Assembly: GCA_963805625.1 (NCBI GenBank)
Contig: CAWDVE010000025.1
Coordinates: 30,726-94,725, forward strand
Direction of reading: 5' to 3'
Length of the DNA: 64,000 nt
Source of the DNA: an uncultured Candidatus Rokubacteria bacterium
GTDB lineage: Bacteria > Methylomirabilota > Methylomirabilia > Rokubacteriales > DASRDR01
Made by a program: the position numbers and the translations under genes. This document shows, one piece after another, positions 50,308 through 61,128 of the stretch. The notes below the pieces were generated by a model that did not search any database, was not told the origin of the DNA, and worked only from the letters and a program-made list of their open reading frames with translations. Each line of letters starts with the position of its first letter. The first letter of the stretch is position 1.

Positions 50308-50655
50308 TCAGTCGAGCTCCAGGGCGGCCTTGAGCGCGTGGTCGATCTGGGCGAGGAGGTCAGCCGGCAGAAGACCCACGCGCTCGGTCAGCTTCGCGCG
50401 GTCGAGAGTCGTCACCTGGTGGCACAGGGCGACGCTCGGTCGCCTGAGCCTCGCCGATCCGGCGGGTAGCGGCACGGTGGTTGGTGCTCGTCTCGCTTGC
50501 GCTTCGGAGGTCGAGATCGGCACGATGATGACCGAGCGCCACGAGGGCGTCAGGTTGAACCCGTCGTTCGAGACAACGACCACGGGTCGCCGGCCGCGCT
50601 GCTCGGAACCCGAGCGCGGGCTCAGGTCTGCCCAAAACACCTCCCCCCGTTTCAC
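50308..50655 (-). CDS. Type II toxin, PemK/MazF family
   Basis: MKRGEVFWADL.P..GSEQ.G.RPVVVVSND..Q..TLD. Confidence 0.92.
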   Translation of the reverse strand: MKRGEVFWADLSPRSGSEQRGRRPVVVVSNDGFNLTPSWRSVIIVPISTSEAQARRAPTTVPLPAGSARLRRPSVALCHQVTTLDRAKLTERVGLLPADLLAQIDHALKAALELD

Positions 50656-50939
50656 CGGGTCCGGGTCCGCTGCCCCCTGGTCCTGGGCTGAGGGCGCAAG
50701 GCTTCGAGTGCTGCTGCCTCGAGGTCGGGATCGAGGTCCTCACGGCTGCCTGCAGCTCCCGCGGCATAGTCTGCGATCGTTTCCCTCACGGCCGCCTTTC
50801 GCTGGTGGCGCAGCCAGCTCTCGATGGCATACCGGGCGACGGCAGTGGCTGGACGGTTGGCGCGCGCCGCCACATCCTTGAGACGACGGTACAGCGGCTC
50901 GGGGAGCGGGAGATGAAAGTTTCGAACTGGCTTCGTCAT
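50652..50939 (-). CDS. Putative RHH-type antitoxin
   Basis: FHLPLPEPLYRRLK..A..ATAVARYAI; acidic tail; GTGA overlap with the toxin. Confidence 0.75.
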   Translation of the reverse strand: MTKPVRNFHLPLPEPLYRRLKDVAARANRPATAVARYAIESWLRHQRKAAVRETIADYAAGAAGSREDLDPDLEAAALEALRPQPRTRGQRTRTR

Positions 50940-51056
50940 GCCACGGATCATGCCACGAGTTCATGGCAGCAACAAGAGGCCGTGTGAGCGAGCGGGCCGG
51001 ACCGACCCCTGCCCGTGCGGCAGCAGCAAGATCATGTGGTGGCAGCCCCGTGCCTC

Positions 51057-51275
51057 TCAGGTGCGCCGGCGCTTCCGCCGATCCATCGCCGCACCCCATG
51101 CGGAAAGGAAGGCCGTCAGGAAGCCGTGCTCCTTCGCCGACTCCACGGCCAGCGGGGCGAGGGCGAGCGCGACGGCGACCGCGAGGTGGTAGCCCTCGGA
51201 ACGGGAGGCCGCAGCGCGGCGGTAGGCCGGGTGCGTCTCGTTGATCCACACGGTTGACTCGATCAGCCGCAGTTC
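51057..51275 (-). pseudogene. 3' end of a GC-rich gene cut at the compositional junction
   Basis: ..LRLIESTVWINETHPAYRRAAASRSEGYHLA..*; the frame runs into AT-rich DNA with no 5' body. Confidence 0.6.
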
Positions 51276-51346
51276 CTGCTTAGGCGTTGCTGATGGGAGG
51301 GGGTGGGGGGATTAATATAATGTGTTGAGTTTTCAATAGTGGATAT

Positions 51347-52162
51347 ATGAGAAACGATCTTCAAACGGGAGTAACCGAAAAACTCGATTCTTATGTTTAC
51401 ATTTATGTTGATCCGGAAACAGAGAAACCATTCTACATCGGAAAAGGCACTGGAGATCGCTTTTTAGCACATCTTGATGTTCAGCCTGGGACTGCAAAAG
51501 GTGATAAAATCAATGAAATCAAAGGCCAAGGTAAAGAACCAAGAATAGATTTCTTACGATGGGGTCTCTCGGAAGCCGAAGCAAACCTGGTAGAGGCCGC
51601 AGCAATCGACCTCATTGGCAAAGAAAATCTTGTTAATCTAAAATCTGGTCACCACCCTAGCCACGGTAGATCCAACTCAGATGACTTCAGTACAAAACGC
51701 ACGTCTAAACCAGAAAATACACCTGGACCTGAGATAGATTCTGAACCAAAAGGCCATGGTCGTATCACATCAAAAGATCTCATCACTATGGTTGCTGCGG
51801 AAAAAGTGACGGTGGACGATGCAGCTATACTTATCACGATTAATAAACTCTATCGCAGTAACATGTCCCCGCTGGCACTCAAAGAAGCTACTCGTGGCAT
51901 TTGGGTTCTAGATCCGCGTAGAGCCAACAAAGCCAAATATGCCATGGCCGTTTTCCAAGGTGTCGTTCGTGAAGTTTACCTTATAAAAGAATGGCATAAA
52001 TCCGGAACCCTAACGTATAAGACCCGAGATGATGTTTTCGATCCCGATCGATGGGAATTTTCTGGCGAGGTTGCTCCAGAAAAGATCCGTGAAAAATATA
52101 TCGACAAGTTTGTCGGGAAAGGTCGTCAAAATCCTATTCACTATGTCAATGTACCTCGATAA
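51347..52162 (+). CDS. GIY-YIG (LEM-3-like) nuclease domain protein
   Basis: YVYIYVDP....PFYIGKG.GDR..H..E..LVEAAAIDL..LVN; C-terminal ATRGIW. Confidence 0.82.
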   Translation: MRNDLQTGVTEKLDSYVYIYVDPETEKPFYIGKGTGDRFLAHLDVQPGTAKGDKINEIKGQGKEPRIDFLRWGLSEAEANLVEAAAIDLIGKENLVNLKSGHHPSHGRSNSDDFSTKRTSKPENTPGPEIDSEPKGHGRITSKDLITMVAAEKVTVDDAAILITINKLYRSNMSPLALKEATRGIWVLDPRRANKAKYAMAVFQGVVREVYLIKEWHKSGTLTYKTRDDVFDPDRWEFSGEVAPEKIREKYIDKFVGKGRQNPIHYVNVPR

Positions 52163-52410
52163 TTCGTCGTCATTTTTTGCAGATAATCCCTTTTGCTTTT
52201 ATCCCTAACTACATCCACGGAAACAAGGATTTATCCTACTCACTCCCGCTCTTGCACCATTGGGCTGAGTAATACTCCGTAGGATTGGGGATTAGGCGTT
52301 GCTGAAGGGGAAGGGAGTGAATGAAAAGAAGAGGAAGCAGTTTTTCGACATTGTCAATCTCAACAGGTTTAACGTCACCGGGTACAAGATCATTAACCGT
52401 CAGGGTTGTT

Positions 52411-52705
52411 ATGGGCGTCTTCAGGTACGACAATAAATATGCTGCACCGTCAAAGGAGCAGCGGGAACGATATATGAAGGGGGAGAGTGAGGAACATCGT
52501 TTCGGGCCGGATGGACAGAATCGTTCTCGTGCTCTATCCTGAAGCAGCATACATAAAAGACGACATTGATGGCGTCCGGATCCTCTTCACCGGTTTCAAA
52601 GATAAACAGAAAGTTACCGAAGAGGTGAGGAGACTGGTGGAGTATCATCAGCAGAAAGACAACCGCACAGAATCATTTACAAGCGGAAGCGAGATGAAGG
52701 AATAA
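52411..52705 (+). CDS. Small hypothetical protein (frameshift near 52515)
   Basis: MGVFRYDNKYAAP..FGPDG continues in another frame as RIVLVLYPEAAY.. Confidence 0.5.
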
Positions 52706-52748
52706 ATAGAGTTAATCGATAATCTTTCATCAGAACCCGGTGTTTTCC

Positions 52749-55700
52749 ATGACACAGACTTCAGAAAACCCGTATCGAAATAACAATCTTTTTTCAAATT
52801 ACTATCTTGAAAAATATCTTCCAGAAAGTCTGGAGTGGAAGAAAAAAGATCATATTGCAGCATTTGAACAGATCAAAAAAATTTATTCCCGTGAATCTGC
52901 ATCCATAAAAACCCTGAATGAAAAACAACTTGAGAACCATTTTTTTAATGAGATATTCTCAATTCTGGGTTTTGTTTACGAAGTAACAGAACCAACCCAT
53001 GCAAGGAATTTTCCCGATTATGCATTTTTCTTTGACCGGAACGGTCGCGATGATGCTCATAAGAATAAGGAGACCATTCCTTTTTTTACAAATGCAGTAG
53101 CTATCGGGGAAGTCAAACAATGGAAAGTGGACCTGGATAAAGTCAGTAAGAACGAGTATAATATTTCAGAAAACCCGAGTCTCCAGATTTGGACATATCT
53201 TGAAGATACAGAGCAGAAATGGGGGATTTTCTCCAATGGCAGAATCTGGCGACTCTACTGCAAAGAGCGGCGCCGAGATAATTATCTCGAAATTGATCTT
53301 TCACGGTTGATTGAATCAAATGATATCGACACCTTCAGGTTTTTCTACTATTTCTTCCGGAAAGATGCATTTGTTAAATCAAAAGAGGGGCAGGCATTTC
53401 TTGATCGTGTCCTGAATGAATCAAAGACTATGCACAAAAAATCGGGGATGACCTGAAAGACAATGTGTATCGGGCGATGAAGAAGGATCGCTGAGGGGTT
53501 TGTTAATCAAAAATCTAATCATCTTGATAGTCGCGATACGGCAACTCTTGCCCGCGTGCAGAATAATACGATGATCCTGTTATACCGGTTCCTTTTCCTG
53601 CTCTATGCTGAAGGGAAAGGATTGCTGGATCTCCATGATCAACGCTACCGGGAATATTACAGACTTTCATCATATCAAGCACTATATTGCAGAAACACAG
53701 GATGGACCGGTGAATCAGCGGTTTGATACCGTTAAGTCTTCCATCCAGTCAGATCTTAAAGACCTGTTCAAACTCGTTGATCAAGGAAGTGAATCTTTTG
53801 GAATCCCGAAAACGGAGTATTATATCCCCGCTTACAACGGCGGATTATTTGATCCGGACGAACACCCGGATCTTGAACATTGGGAGATTGGTGACAAGTA
53901 TCTTGCTGATGCCATCGATCTCCTTTCCCGGAGTAAGCCTAAAGAGGGACATCGCGATTTTGTAGATTATTCAACACTTGAAAATCCGGAATCTCGGTAG
54001 CATTTACGAGGGATTGCTGGAATACAAACTTAAAATAGCAGAATCGGATCTTGTCGTGAGCGACGGCGGATGGGCAACCCTTGATGAATATAACGCAAAC
54101 CGGAAGCAGAAGAAAACAATAACGGATTTTTCTGAAAATGACCGGGTGAATGCAGGGCATCTTTATCTCACGACTGACAAAGGTGAGCGGAAATCTTCCG
54201 GTTCTTACTATACACCGGACTATATTGTGAATTACATCGTGAAGAACACGATTGGACCGGTTGTTGAACAGAAATGGAAGGATGCACAGGAGAAGGGTGA
54301 GAGTTGCATTGATGCGACCCTCTCGATCAACGTTCTTGATCCTGCAATGGGAAGCGGTCACTTCCTTGTCGGTGCTGTGGATTTCCTTTCACAAAAACTT
54401 CTTGAGGCTGTTCAGAAGGATTTCGAAGCAGGAAAGATCGCGGATACCGCACCCTATACGAATGACTGGGCACGACGGGATGTTGTATCGCATTGCATTT
54501 ACGGCGTCGATCTGAACGAACTTGCCGTGGAGCTGGCAAAAGTCGGGCTCTGGTTAACCACGATCAGCAGGGATAAGCCGCTTTCATTCCTTGACCACCG
54601 GTCTGAAGCAGGGGAACAGTCTGATAGGGGCACGGCTTACCAACCTCCGGTATTATCCGGGAAAGGAACCAAAGGAGAGAAATCAGACCGAACTGCCGAC
54701 CTCCATATCACCCAGGTTTATCGGACATATTCTCGCCAAGATCGCAGAACTCGACGCTATCGAGGACAACCGACTGGAAGATATCATTCGGAAGGAGAAA
54801 GCGTTTGAGGAATTCAAGCAGTTACCGGAATACCAGAAGGCAAAAGGGCTCGCCAATGTTTACACAGCAACGTATTTTGGAAATGTGATTATTCCGACAG
54901 AAAAGAAATCTTCAGAAGCGTTGTATCAGGATCTTGTCTGGGCAATTGCCGGTGATGAGAAAGAGTGGCAATCCAAAACATGGTATCCGTGGTTTAAACA
55001 AGCCTCTATTGTTGCGCAGGAAAAATCATTCTTCCACTGGGAACTGGAATTCCCGGAAATATTCTTCGATGCAGGGAAACTCCGTGAGAATCCGGGTTGG
55101 GATGCGGTTATCGGGAATCCCCCATACGCGAATGCGTGGGCGATGACTGATCTTGATGAGACAAGCCGTAATGCCATCGCGTTTTTGAATCCCCATAGAG
55201 AATTTTTATCCGGCCATTGGGATTTGTATATACCCTTCGTATCCATTGCTTTGCAGTTCATGAAAGCAGGAGGGTACCATTCATTTATCTTACCAGACGC
55301 AGTAGGTCGTGAAAAATATGCAACTCGATGAGACTATCAATTATCCATAACCTTTCACTCATTCGCTGGACACAATATGACGATGAAAATGTATTCGAGG
55401 ATGCTTCACGCCATTGTTCAATCTATGTAATTCTTAAAAAGCCACCAGCAGAGAATCATAAAATAATCTATGAAAAACCACCCCGGATGAGCGAACCTCC
55501 TCAGATCTTCTATATGAAGTGCCGCTATCGAAATGGCTAGTAGGAACCACAAGTCAATTCCGGGCCAAAAGTTGTTGAAGGTGGGGCATCGAAAATAATC
55601 GAAAAAATTGATACCAATTCTGTTCATCTTGGACAATTTTGTTATGTGCAAGTAGGGGCTACTGTTCACAGTAAGGATAAAGTTTCATTTAAAAAAGCAG

Positions 55701-56711
55701 ATGTAGTTACGAAGAAGCCTATAGGTAATGCGAAACGATTTTTCGATGGCAAAACCCTTCATCGCTACGAAATAGATCTTGATGGAAGGTTCCTTGATTA
55801 CAAACCCGATCTGATGTACGGACCACGTGTTCCTGAACTTTTTGAGAATCCAAAGATTCTTGTTCGTGATGTAACAGATAAAAATGAAAAAATTGTCGTC
55901 GCATATGATCCAGATGGGCTTTATTGTGATCATCTGGTTACTTGTGTAACGCCATATGAGAATGTAGAAGGCACCGGGGCACAAACTGAATTTGAAGGAT
56001 TTCCACATCTGAATGACAATATTCCCAGTCTTTTGTATACATTAGGAGTAGTTGCGAGTTCTCTCATTTCATGGTCCTTTAAAGAAGTGTTTGCAACTGG
56101 GACATTACAAGGTTCATATTCCCATACGTATCCAAAGCAAGTTCGTGCTTTTCCTATCCATCACATCATCTTCACTACCCCAGCAGAACGCCGTTCATCT
56201 CTCGTAAATGAAGCGAAGGATCTGTACCAATTCATTCATCCAGAGCACCAATATGCAACCGATCCTCGCATTTGTGGATACACGACTTGCCGCCCAACCT
56301 GAAGAATCCGATGTCGTCCATGATCTCCTTGCATTCCTTGCAGAACAAATGGTTGAGATGAATAAAGAAAAGAATGCAGAGATCAAGAAATTCCTGACTT
56401 TTATTGAGAGCGAAATAAGTAACTCCATTGATACATTATCGAACAAGACACTGATTCAGGAATATTACGCAAATGATTTCACAAAATTTGTCGATGTGCT
56501 CGTGAAGAATAAGAGTAAGATTAAGGACGGGTATAATCCCAAGAGCCGGGCACATCATGAGACCTTAAAAGACTGGTTCGATAGTTCGGTTGCCAAATTG
56601 AAACCACTCATGGAGAAGATTGAGGCGACGGATGCCCTCATTGATCAGATCGTGTACAAATTGTACGGGCTGACAAATGAGGAAATTAAAATAGTTGAGG
56701 GAAATGGGTGA
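52749..56711 (+). CDS. Type IIG (Eco57I-like) fused restriction-modification enzyme, split by about 6-7 frameshifts
   Basis: PDYA..GEVK nuclease; YNGGLF, GSIYEGLL, GSYYTP, LDPAMGSGHFL, FHWELEFPE, IGNPPY, TaqI-C-like TRD, IDQIVYKLYGLT. Confidence 0.88.
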
Positions 56712-56717
56712 GAGGAG

Positions 56718-57707
56718 ATGGGAGATGGTTCTAATCCGAATTCTGAAAAACATGAAAAAAATGAAACCACACGGGTGATGCTCCAAATTTACCACGAGCG
56801 AGGCAACCACCTTGCGAATATGCTAATTGCACTTAATGGGTTCATGGTCGCGTTTATTGCAGGCTTGCTGACGTTCGTTGGAAGTTCTGCTTTATTTTCT
56901 CCAAAATGTGTGAACATTAGTGGACAAATTCTTGTTGAGCCATCAAGTTGTATTAATCCATGGCCAATCTTTATCGCAATAAATATCGCGATCATCGTCC
57001 TGATTATCTGGCGGTTCTATTCTCATTATATTGATGATGATATCGTAAAGGGTTACAGGAAACTTATCTATTTAGAACATGATCTGGAAGTGAGTCGCAA
57101 GGTTTCATTACTATCAAATTTAGAGAAAGATGATGGTAGTCCTGGGCTTGCTAGATTGAAGATCTATGCAGAAATTGAATCTAGTGGACAATGTGATGAC
57201 CAAAAATTTGAAAGAAAAATGAAAATTATTGACGAATTGATTAAAAAGAAAAAAATGGGGTATCGAGGTCATTTTTGGTTCAATTTTTTGACAGTTTCTT
57301 TAATTACGGCATTATTACTAATTGAAGTATGGTTCATAAGTATCACTAAAACGATTCTAGATTCTAATCAATTATTTTATTTTGGATTATTTGGTTTAGC
57401 ATTAATCATCATTTTATCATTTTATTGTGGAATGAAAAGACGTCTAAGTTTTTTATCTATAGATAATAAAATTCGTTTAAAAAATTGTTTATTTACTATA
57501 TTCATTGTTGTTTGTTTATTACTTACAATCGTATCCTTTGTTTATCCAAAATTCACCGATTCGTTTCGATTCGATATAATTTCATCATTTTTCGTTATTA
57601 AAAACATTGTATTTTTTATCATGGTTGGAATTCTCATTTATTGTTATATTCATAAAGATCCTCTTGATGAAGATATAACTCAAGTAAAAGTGGAGACAAA
57701 TAAATGA
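56718..57707 (+). CDS. Very AT-rich multi-TM hypothetical protein
   Basis: 329-aa intact ORF; GAGGAG RBS; about 6 hydrophobic segments. Confidence 0.7.
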   Translation: MGDGSNPNSEKHEKNETTRVMLQIYHERGNHLANMLIALNGFMVAFIAGLLTFVGSSALFSPKCVNISGQILVEPSSCINPWPIFIAINIAIIVLIIWRFYSHYIDDDIVKGYRKLIYLEHDLEVSRKVSLLSNLEKDDGSPGLARLKIYAEIESSGQCDDQKFERKMKIIDELIKKKKMGYRGHFWFNFLTVSLITALLLIEVWFISITKTILDSNQLFYFGLFGLALIIILSFYCGMKRRLSFLSIDNKIRLKNCLFTIFIVVCLLLTIVSFVYPKFTDSFRFDIISSFFVIKNIVFFIMVGILIYCYIHKDPLDEDITQVKVETNK

Positions 57708-57859
57708 CTTACCTCTCGTAAAAAAATAGAGACCAAAGCAATATCACACTACGGCCGCATGGTTGCGTTCGTCACACAGATGCCTTAGCCCGATAAAAAT
57801 TGCAGGGTTTGAGGTTCGAATTGATGTACCGGCGACGAAATCAGCCTGTATAATTGGGA

Positions 57860-58354
57860 TTATTTAAGATTCCAATTCCAGTTATTTTGGGTGAATTCGA
57901 TTTTTATATGTTTGAGATCCGGATCTTCCTCGTATTCTCGTTGATTTTTCTCATTCATTTTCCAGCCTTCGGTCTTATTCATTGGATTTGAACGATATTT
58001 TTTGTCATAGTGTTCCAAGGAAAGGAGATAGATATCGGCAAATTGTGAAGTTTCTACATACACTCCAATCCAAGGCTCACATGCAAAGGCTTCACACGCG
58101 TCTTTTAGTTTTTGTCGGTCATTTTTGGTATTCCGAAAAACAAAAACGTTATCTTTTTCCGTTCCTTCGTTTCTCGTTCGGGATTTAACCGTTATTCCAA
58201 TTCGTTGATTCTTTTTTTTGTTGAACGCGATGATATCGATACCCGTATGATCCACTAACGCAACCTCAAACCCTGATCGCGATAACCAATTTCCTATAAG
58301 CTGTTCACCGAAGTTTCCGATTATTTTCGAATGCCTTGAACTTTTCTCTATCAT
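57860..58354 (-). CDS. PD-(D/E)xK nuclease (restriction-endonuclease/Hjc-like)
   Basis: GNFGEQL...L...GF.V....GIDIIA......GITVKSR. Confidence 0.75.
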   Translation of the reverse strand: MIEKSSRHSKIIGNFGEQLIGNWLSRSGFEVALVDHTGIDIIAFNKKKNQRIGITVKSRTRNEGTEKDNVFVFRNTKNDRQKLKDACEAFACEPWIGVYVETSQFADIYLLSLEHYDKKYRSNPMNKTEGWKMNEKNQREYEEDPDLKHIKIEFTQNNWNWNLK

Positions 58355-58384
58355 AATCACTTCTCGACCAATTTATGAAATGAA

Positions 58385-59296
58385 TTATTCCTCGATAAAA
58401 TAATCTTCATCGAGCCTGTTCACGACATAACGGGATTCTTCAGCAACACCAACACCGTTATCGATCATCAGTTGCGTTAATTGTTCACCATCAATAAGGA
58501 CGATTTTTTTCTCAATCCTTTTCACGTAGTCCTGTGCATCCGCCGTGAATTTCGAGGTTGTGATAAAAACTCCTTTCCGGGATCGGTTTCCTTCGAGACT
58601 TCCAACAAAAGCCTGAATGTCAGGTCTTCCCACAGGATTTTGCCATCTTTTCGCCTGGATATGAACGACATCGAGACCTAGTTTGTCCTCTTTTATTACT
58701 CCGTCGATGCCATCATCACCGGTCCTGCCAATGGCCTGACCTGCATCAATCCTTGAACCACCATATCCTAATTTTAAAAGCAGATCGACGACAAGTGTTT
58801 CAAAAAATGCTGGAGAACTCTGTTTAACCCGTTCAAGAAGATCATGCGATAATTGCCTTCTTAACTCCTGATAACTCGACTCCAGTGATTCCTGGGGTGT
58901 CGATATCCTGTCGCATTCGGCAGGAAGACCTTTTTCCTCAATCGTCTCGTTCCTGAAATCCCTGAAATCAAGATACTCCTGGAATTTTTCCAGATATTTC
59001 ATGTTGATTCTTTCCGGCTTCTCTTTCAGGACATCCAGACCCCGTGAGGTGATGATGTATTTACCTCGTGAAGGTCTGTTCAGCAACCCGGATTTCTTCA
59101 AATAGATTATTGCCCAGCCGACGCGGTTATTGAATCTGAATTGTCTGCCACTCGGGAGAAGCTCGTTGATCTCTTCATCGGTAAGTTTTAATTTTGTCTT
59201 CAAATGGCCGAGAGCGTCCTGCGATCCATGTTCAAGTTTATCGCCGTAAAACTCCAGAACTGGTAACATCAGACTTTGAAAATCCGGTATTGGCAT
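58385..59296 (-). CDS. mrr: Mrr type IV restriction endonuclease
   Basis: MPIPDFQSLMLP, FFETLVVDLL..LGYG, GDDGIDG, IQAKRW, GVFITTS, LIDGEQL. Confidence 0.93.
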   Translation of the reverse strand: MPIPDFQSLMLPVLEFYGDKLEHGSQDALGHLKTKLKLTDEEINELLPSGRQFRFNNRVGWAIIYLKKSGLLNRPSRGKYIITSRGLDVLKEKPERINMKYLEKFQEYLDFRDFRNETIEEKGLPAECDRISTPQESLESSYQELRRQLSHDLLERVKQSSPAFFETLVVDLLLKLGYGGSRIDAGQAIGRTGDDGIDGVIKEDKLGLDVVHIQAKRWQNPVGRPDIQAFVGSLEGNRSRKGVFITTSKFTADAQDYVKRIEKKIVLIDGEQLTQLMIDNGVGVAEESRYVVNRLDEDYFIEE

Positions 59297-59900
59297 ACTA
59301 TCACTGATTCTGCTTTAATCTGCATTACGATAAAAGGGTTAGTTTAACTAAAAATGTCCGCCCACGTTTTTACACTCCTTATATTTCCTCTTTCTTTCCA
59401 ACATCAAAGTTGCATTTTACCTCCCGCCCGCTCCCGTAAAACATCCCAAAAAAGAATTATTTGAACCTGCCCGGCAAGAACCGGCAAACGAGATTTATAC
59501 AGGCACCATAAACGAAGTGATTCACTGGCTATAGGGAAAAGGGCTGGTGTGGTTCCCGCCCATCTGCCCCTGTGTCCCCGAAGGGACATACCACTATCTG
59601 CGTGCTGGAGATAAACCGGTTTCGTTTTTCGGGTTAAACTCCTGACATCACACTCCCATCCCCGTAATTGTCCCCACAATCTGCTGAGCTGCCACCGGAT
59701 CCACAATTCCGGGACCTGACAAACCACTCATTGCTAATGAGTAACTTTTACCAATTCTGCTAATTAGTAATTAGTATGGTATCCATTGAGCTCCTGCGGC
59801 AACTCGTTATCCAGCAAAAAAGCCAGATCGAATAATTTGTTTCTTTACCCCTACAAGCTGATAATTTTTTAAAAAAAGAGCGAGGCACCTTCCGGGCGGC

Positions 59901-60038
59901 TCACTTGAGTTTTTTCTCGAGCTTCTTGAGTTTCTTCTTCGCGCTTTCGTTCCCCGCAGCCGCCTGCTTCGAGAGCTCTTCTGCTTTGACCTTCTTTGCC
60001 TGGTTCAGTTTCACCAGCTGTTTCTTACTCGTTGGCAT
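59901..60038 (-). CDS. 45-aa Lys-rich small protein (not in the ORF track)
   Basis: MPTSKKQLVKLNQAKKVKAEELSKQAAAGNESAKKKLKKLEKKLK; AGGTGA RBS; T7 tract downstream. Confidence 0.75.
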   Translation of the reverse strand: MPTSKKQLVKLNQAKKVKAEELSKQAAAGNESAKKKLKKLEKKLK

Positions 60039-60371
60039 ACAATCACCTGGCTTTCGCCGTTGACTGAATCATGTTTGCTTGTTTCCCTCTTAAAATATCC
60101 CTTTGGCGTTGTTTAACGCTCCCGCCGGAGGAACATTTTTGTTCCTTCAAAAAACACGGGTGAAATGCCCGGATTCGGCCGGGCCGCTTTTACATCTCTC
60201 CGTTTTGAGCTCGAATCGGTTTATAATAAAACCCCTTTACCTATCCGAGTCCACGCAATCTGTCAAAGGGGCCCCTGCGACATTCAGGAAAAAACGAACA
60301 GGAGGTAATCACAGCATGAAAACCATCATGAAAATATCACCGGACCAGGGTACTAAAACGAGGCACATCCC

Positions 60372-60743
60372 ATGAGCCGCGGTCCCCGCCCCCACCGGGC
60401 GCTGGCAGAAGCGATCCCGATTGCAAAGGAGCGTGGCATTGTCCAGCTGACGCAGAGCGTGCCGGAGAGGATCTTCGACATCGCGATCGTATCGAAGGTC
60501 CCGGTCACGTTCACCCGGGTCATGTTCGCGCCGGAGATTTTCGCGACCCCCCGGCAGCTCGGTGACGATTTCAACGAGGAGATCGCCCAGCTCCGGATCA
60601 TCGCCCGGGATAAGGCCATCACGGCCGAGCTCTGGCTCCGGTCAAAGCAAGGGACATGGCGGTTCTTCCTGGTCACCCCGGACTCGCTGGTCGAGATCGA
60701 CCGCGGGGGGGACCGGCTCGTGTCGGGACAGGTCCTTGCATGA
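60372..60743 (+). CDS. Hypothetical protein, degenerate PD-(D/E)xK-like ('RGPRP..AL..A..IA..RG' type)
   Basis: FDIAI..ELWLRSK.GTWRFF.V; recalled as a multicopy Methanomicrobiales family, not searched. Confidence 0.65.
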   Translation: MSRGPRPHRALAEAIPIAKERGIVQLTQSVPERIFDIAIVSKVPVTFTRVMFAPEIFATPRQLGDDFNEEIAQLRIIARDKAITAELWLRSKQGTWRFFLVTPDSLVEIDRGGDRLVSGQVLA

Positions 60744-60801
60744 ACAAACAGGATTGCCGTCGGAGAGAATGGTTTAGCACGGTCCTGAGGACACCTGCAA
60801 A

Positions 60802-61002
60802 AATTCTGGTACATCCAGGACCGGAAAAGGCCCGGTTGTACCTCTTTTCCCCCGGCACCCCTTTTTTCGGGGAATAATTCACAAAAAAGCGGAACCGGGC
60901 CGGAATAATCAGGGGTTCTCCGGCGGGAATAAATGAGGCGTATTTAGCGATGTTACAGGGTCAGAAAGGGGGAGGGATCGTATTTCAGGATGTGAAGGTT
61001 CT
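60802..61002 (+). repeat. Dispersed ~200-bp intergenic repeat, copy A
   Basis: Shares AATTCTGGTACATC, AGGCCCGGTTGTACCTCTTTTCCC, GCGGAACCGGGCCGGAATAAT, GGTTCTCCGGCGGGAAT and TATTTAGCGATGTTACAGGGTCA with copy B. Confidence 0.88.
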
Positions 61003-61128
61003 TCCGGGTGACCCTGACGGCCAGGAGGGATCTGACGGAAAGGAAATCCCCCGTTATGGGATCGGAGCAGACGAGCGGTTAAGGGGCCGGTGAAAATTTT
61101 TTAAAGAAATACCTGGTTACCTTGCCAT

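Noticed and set aside
52749-56711. Programmed frameshifting or phase variation in the RM gene
   Set aside because: Shifts are numerous, not at long repeats, and also hit unrelated neighbours; read error is more parsimonious.
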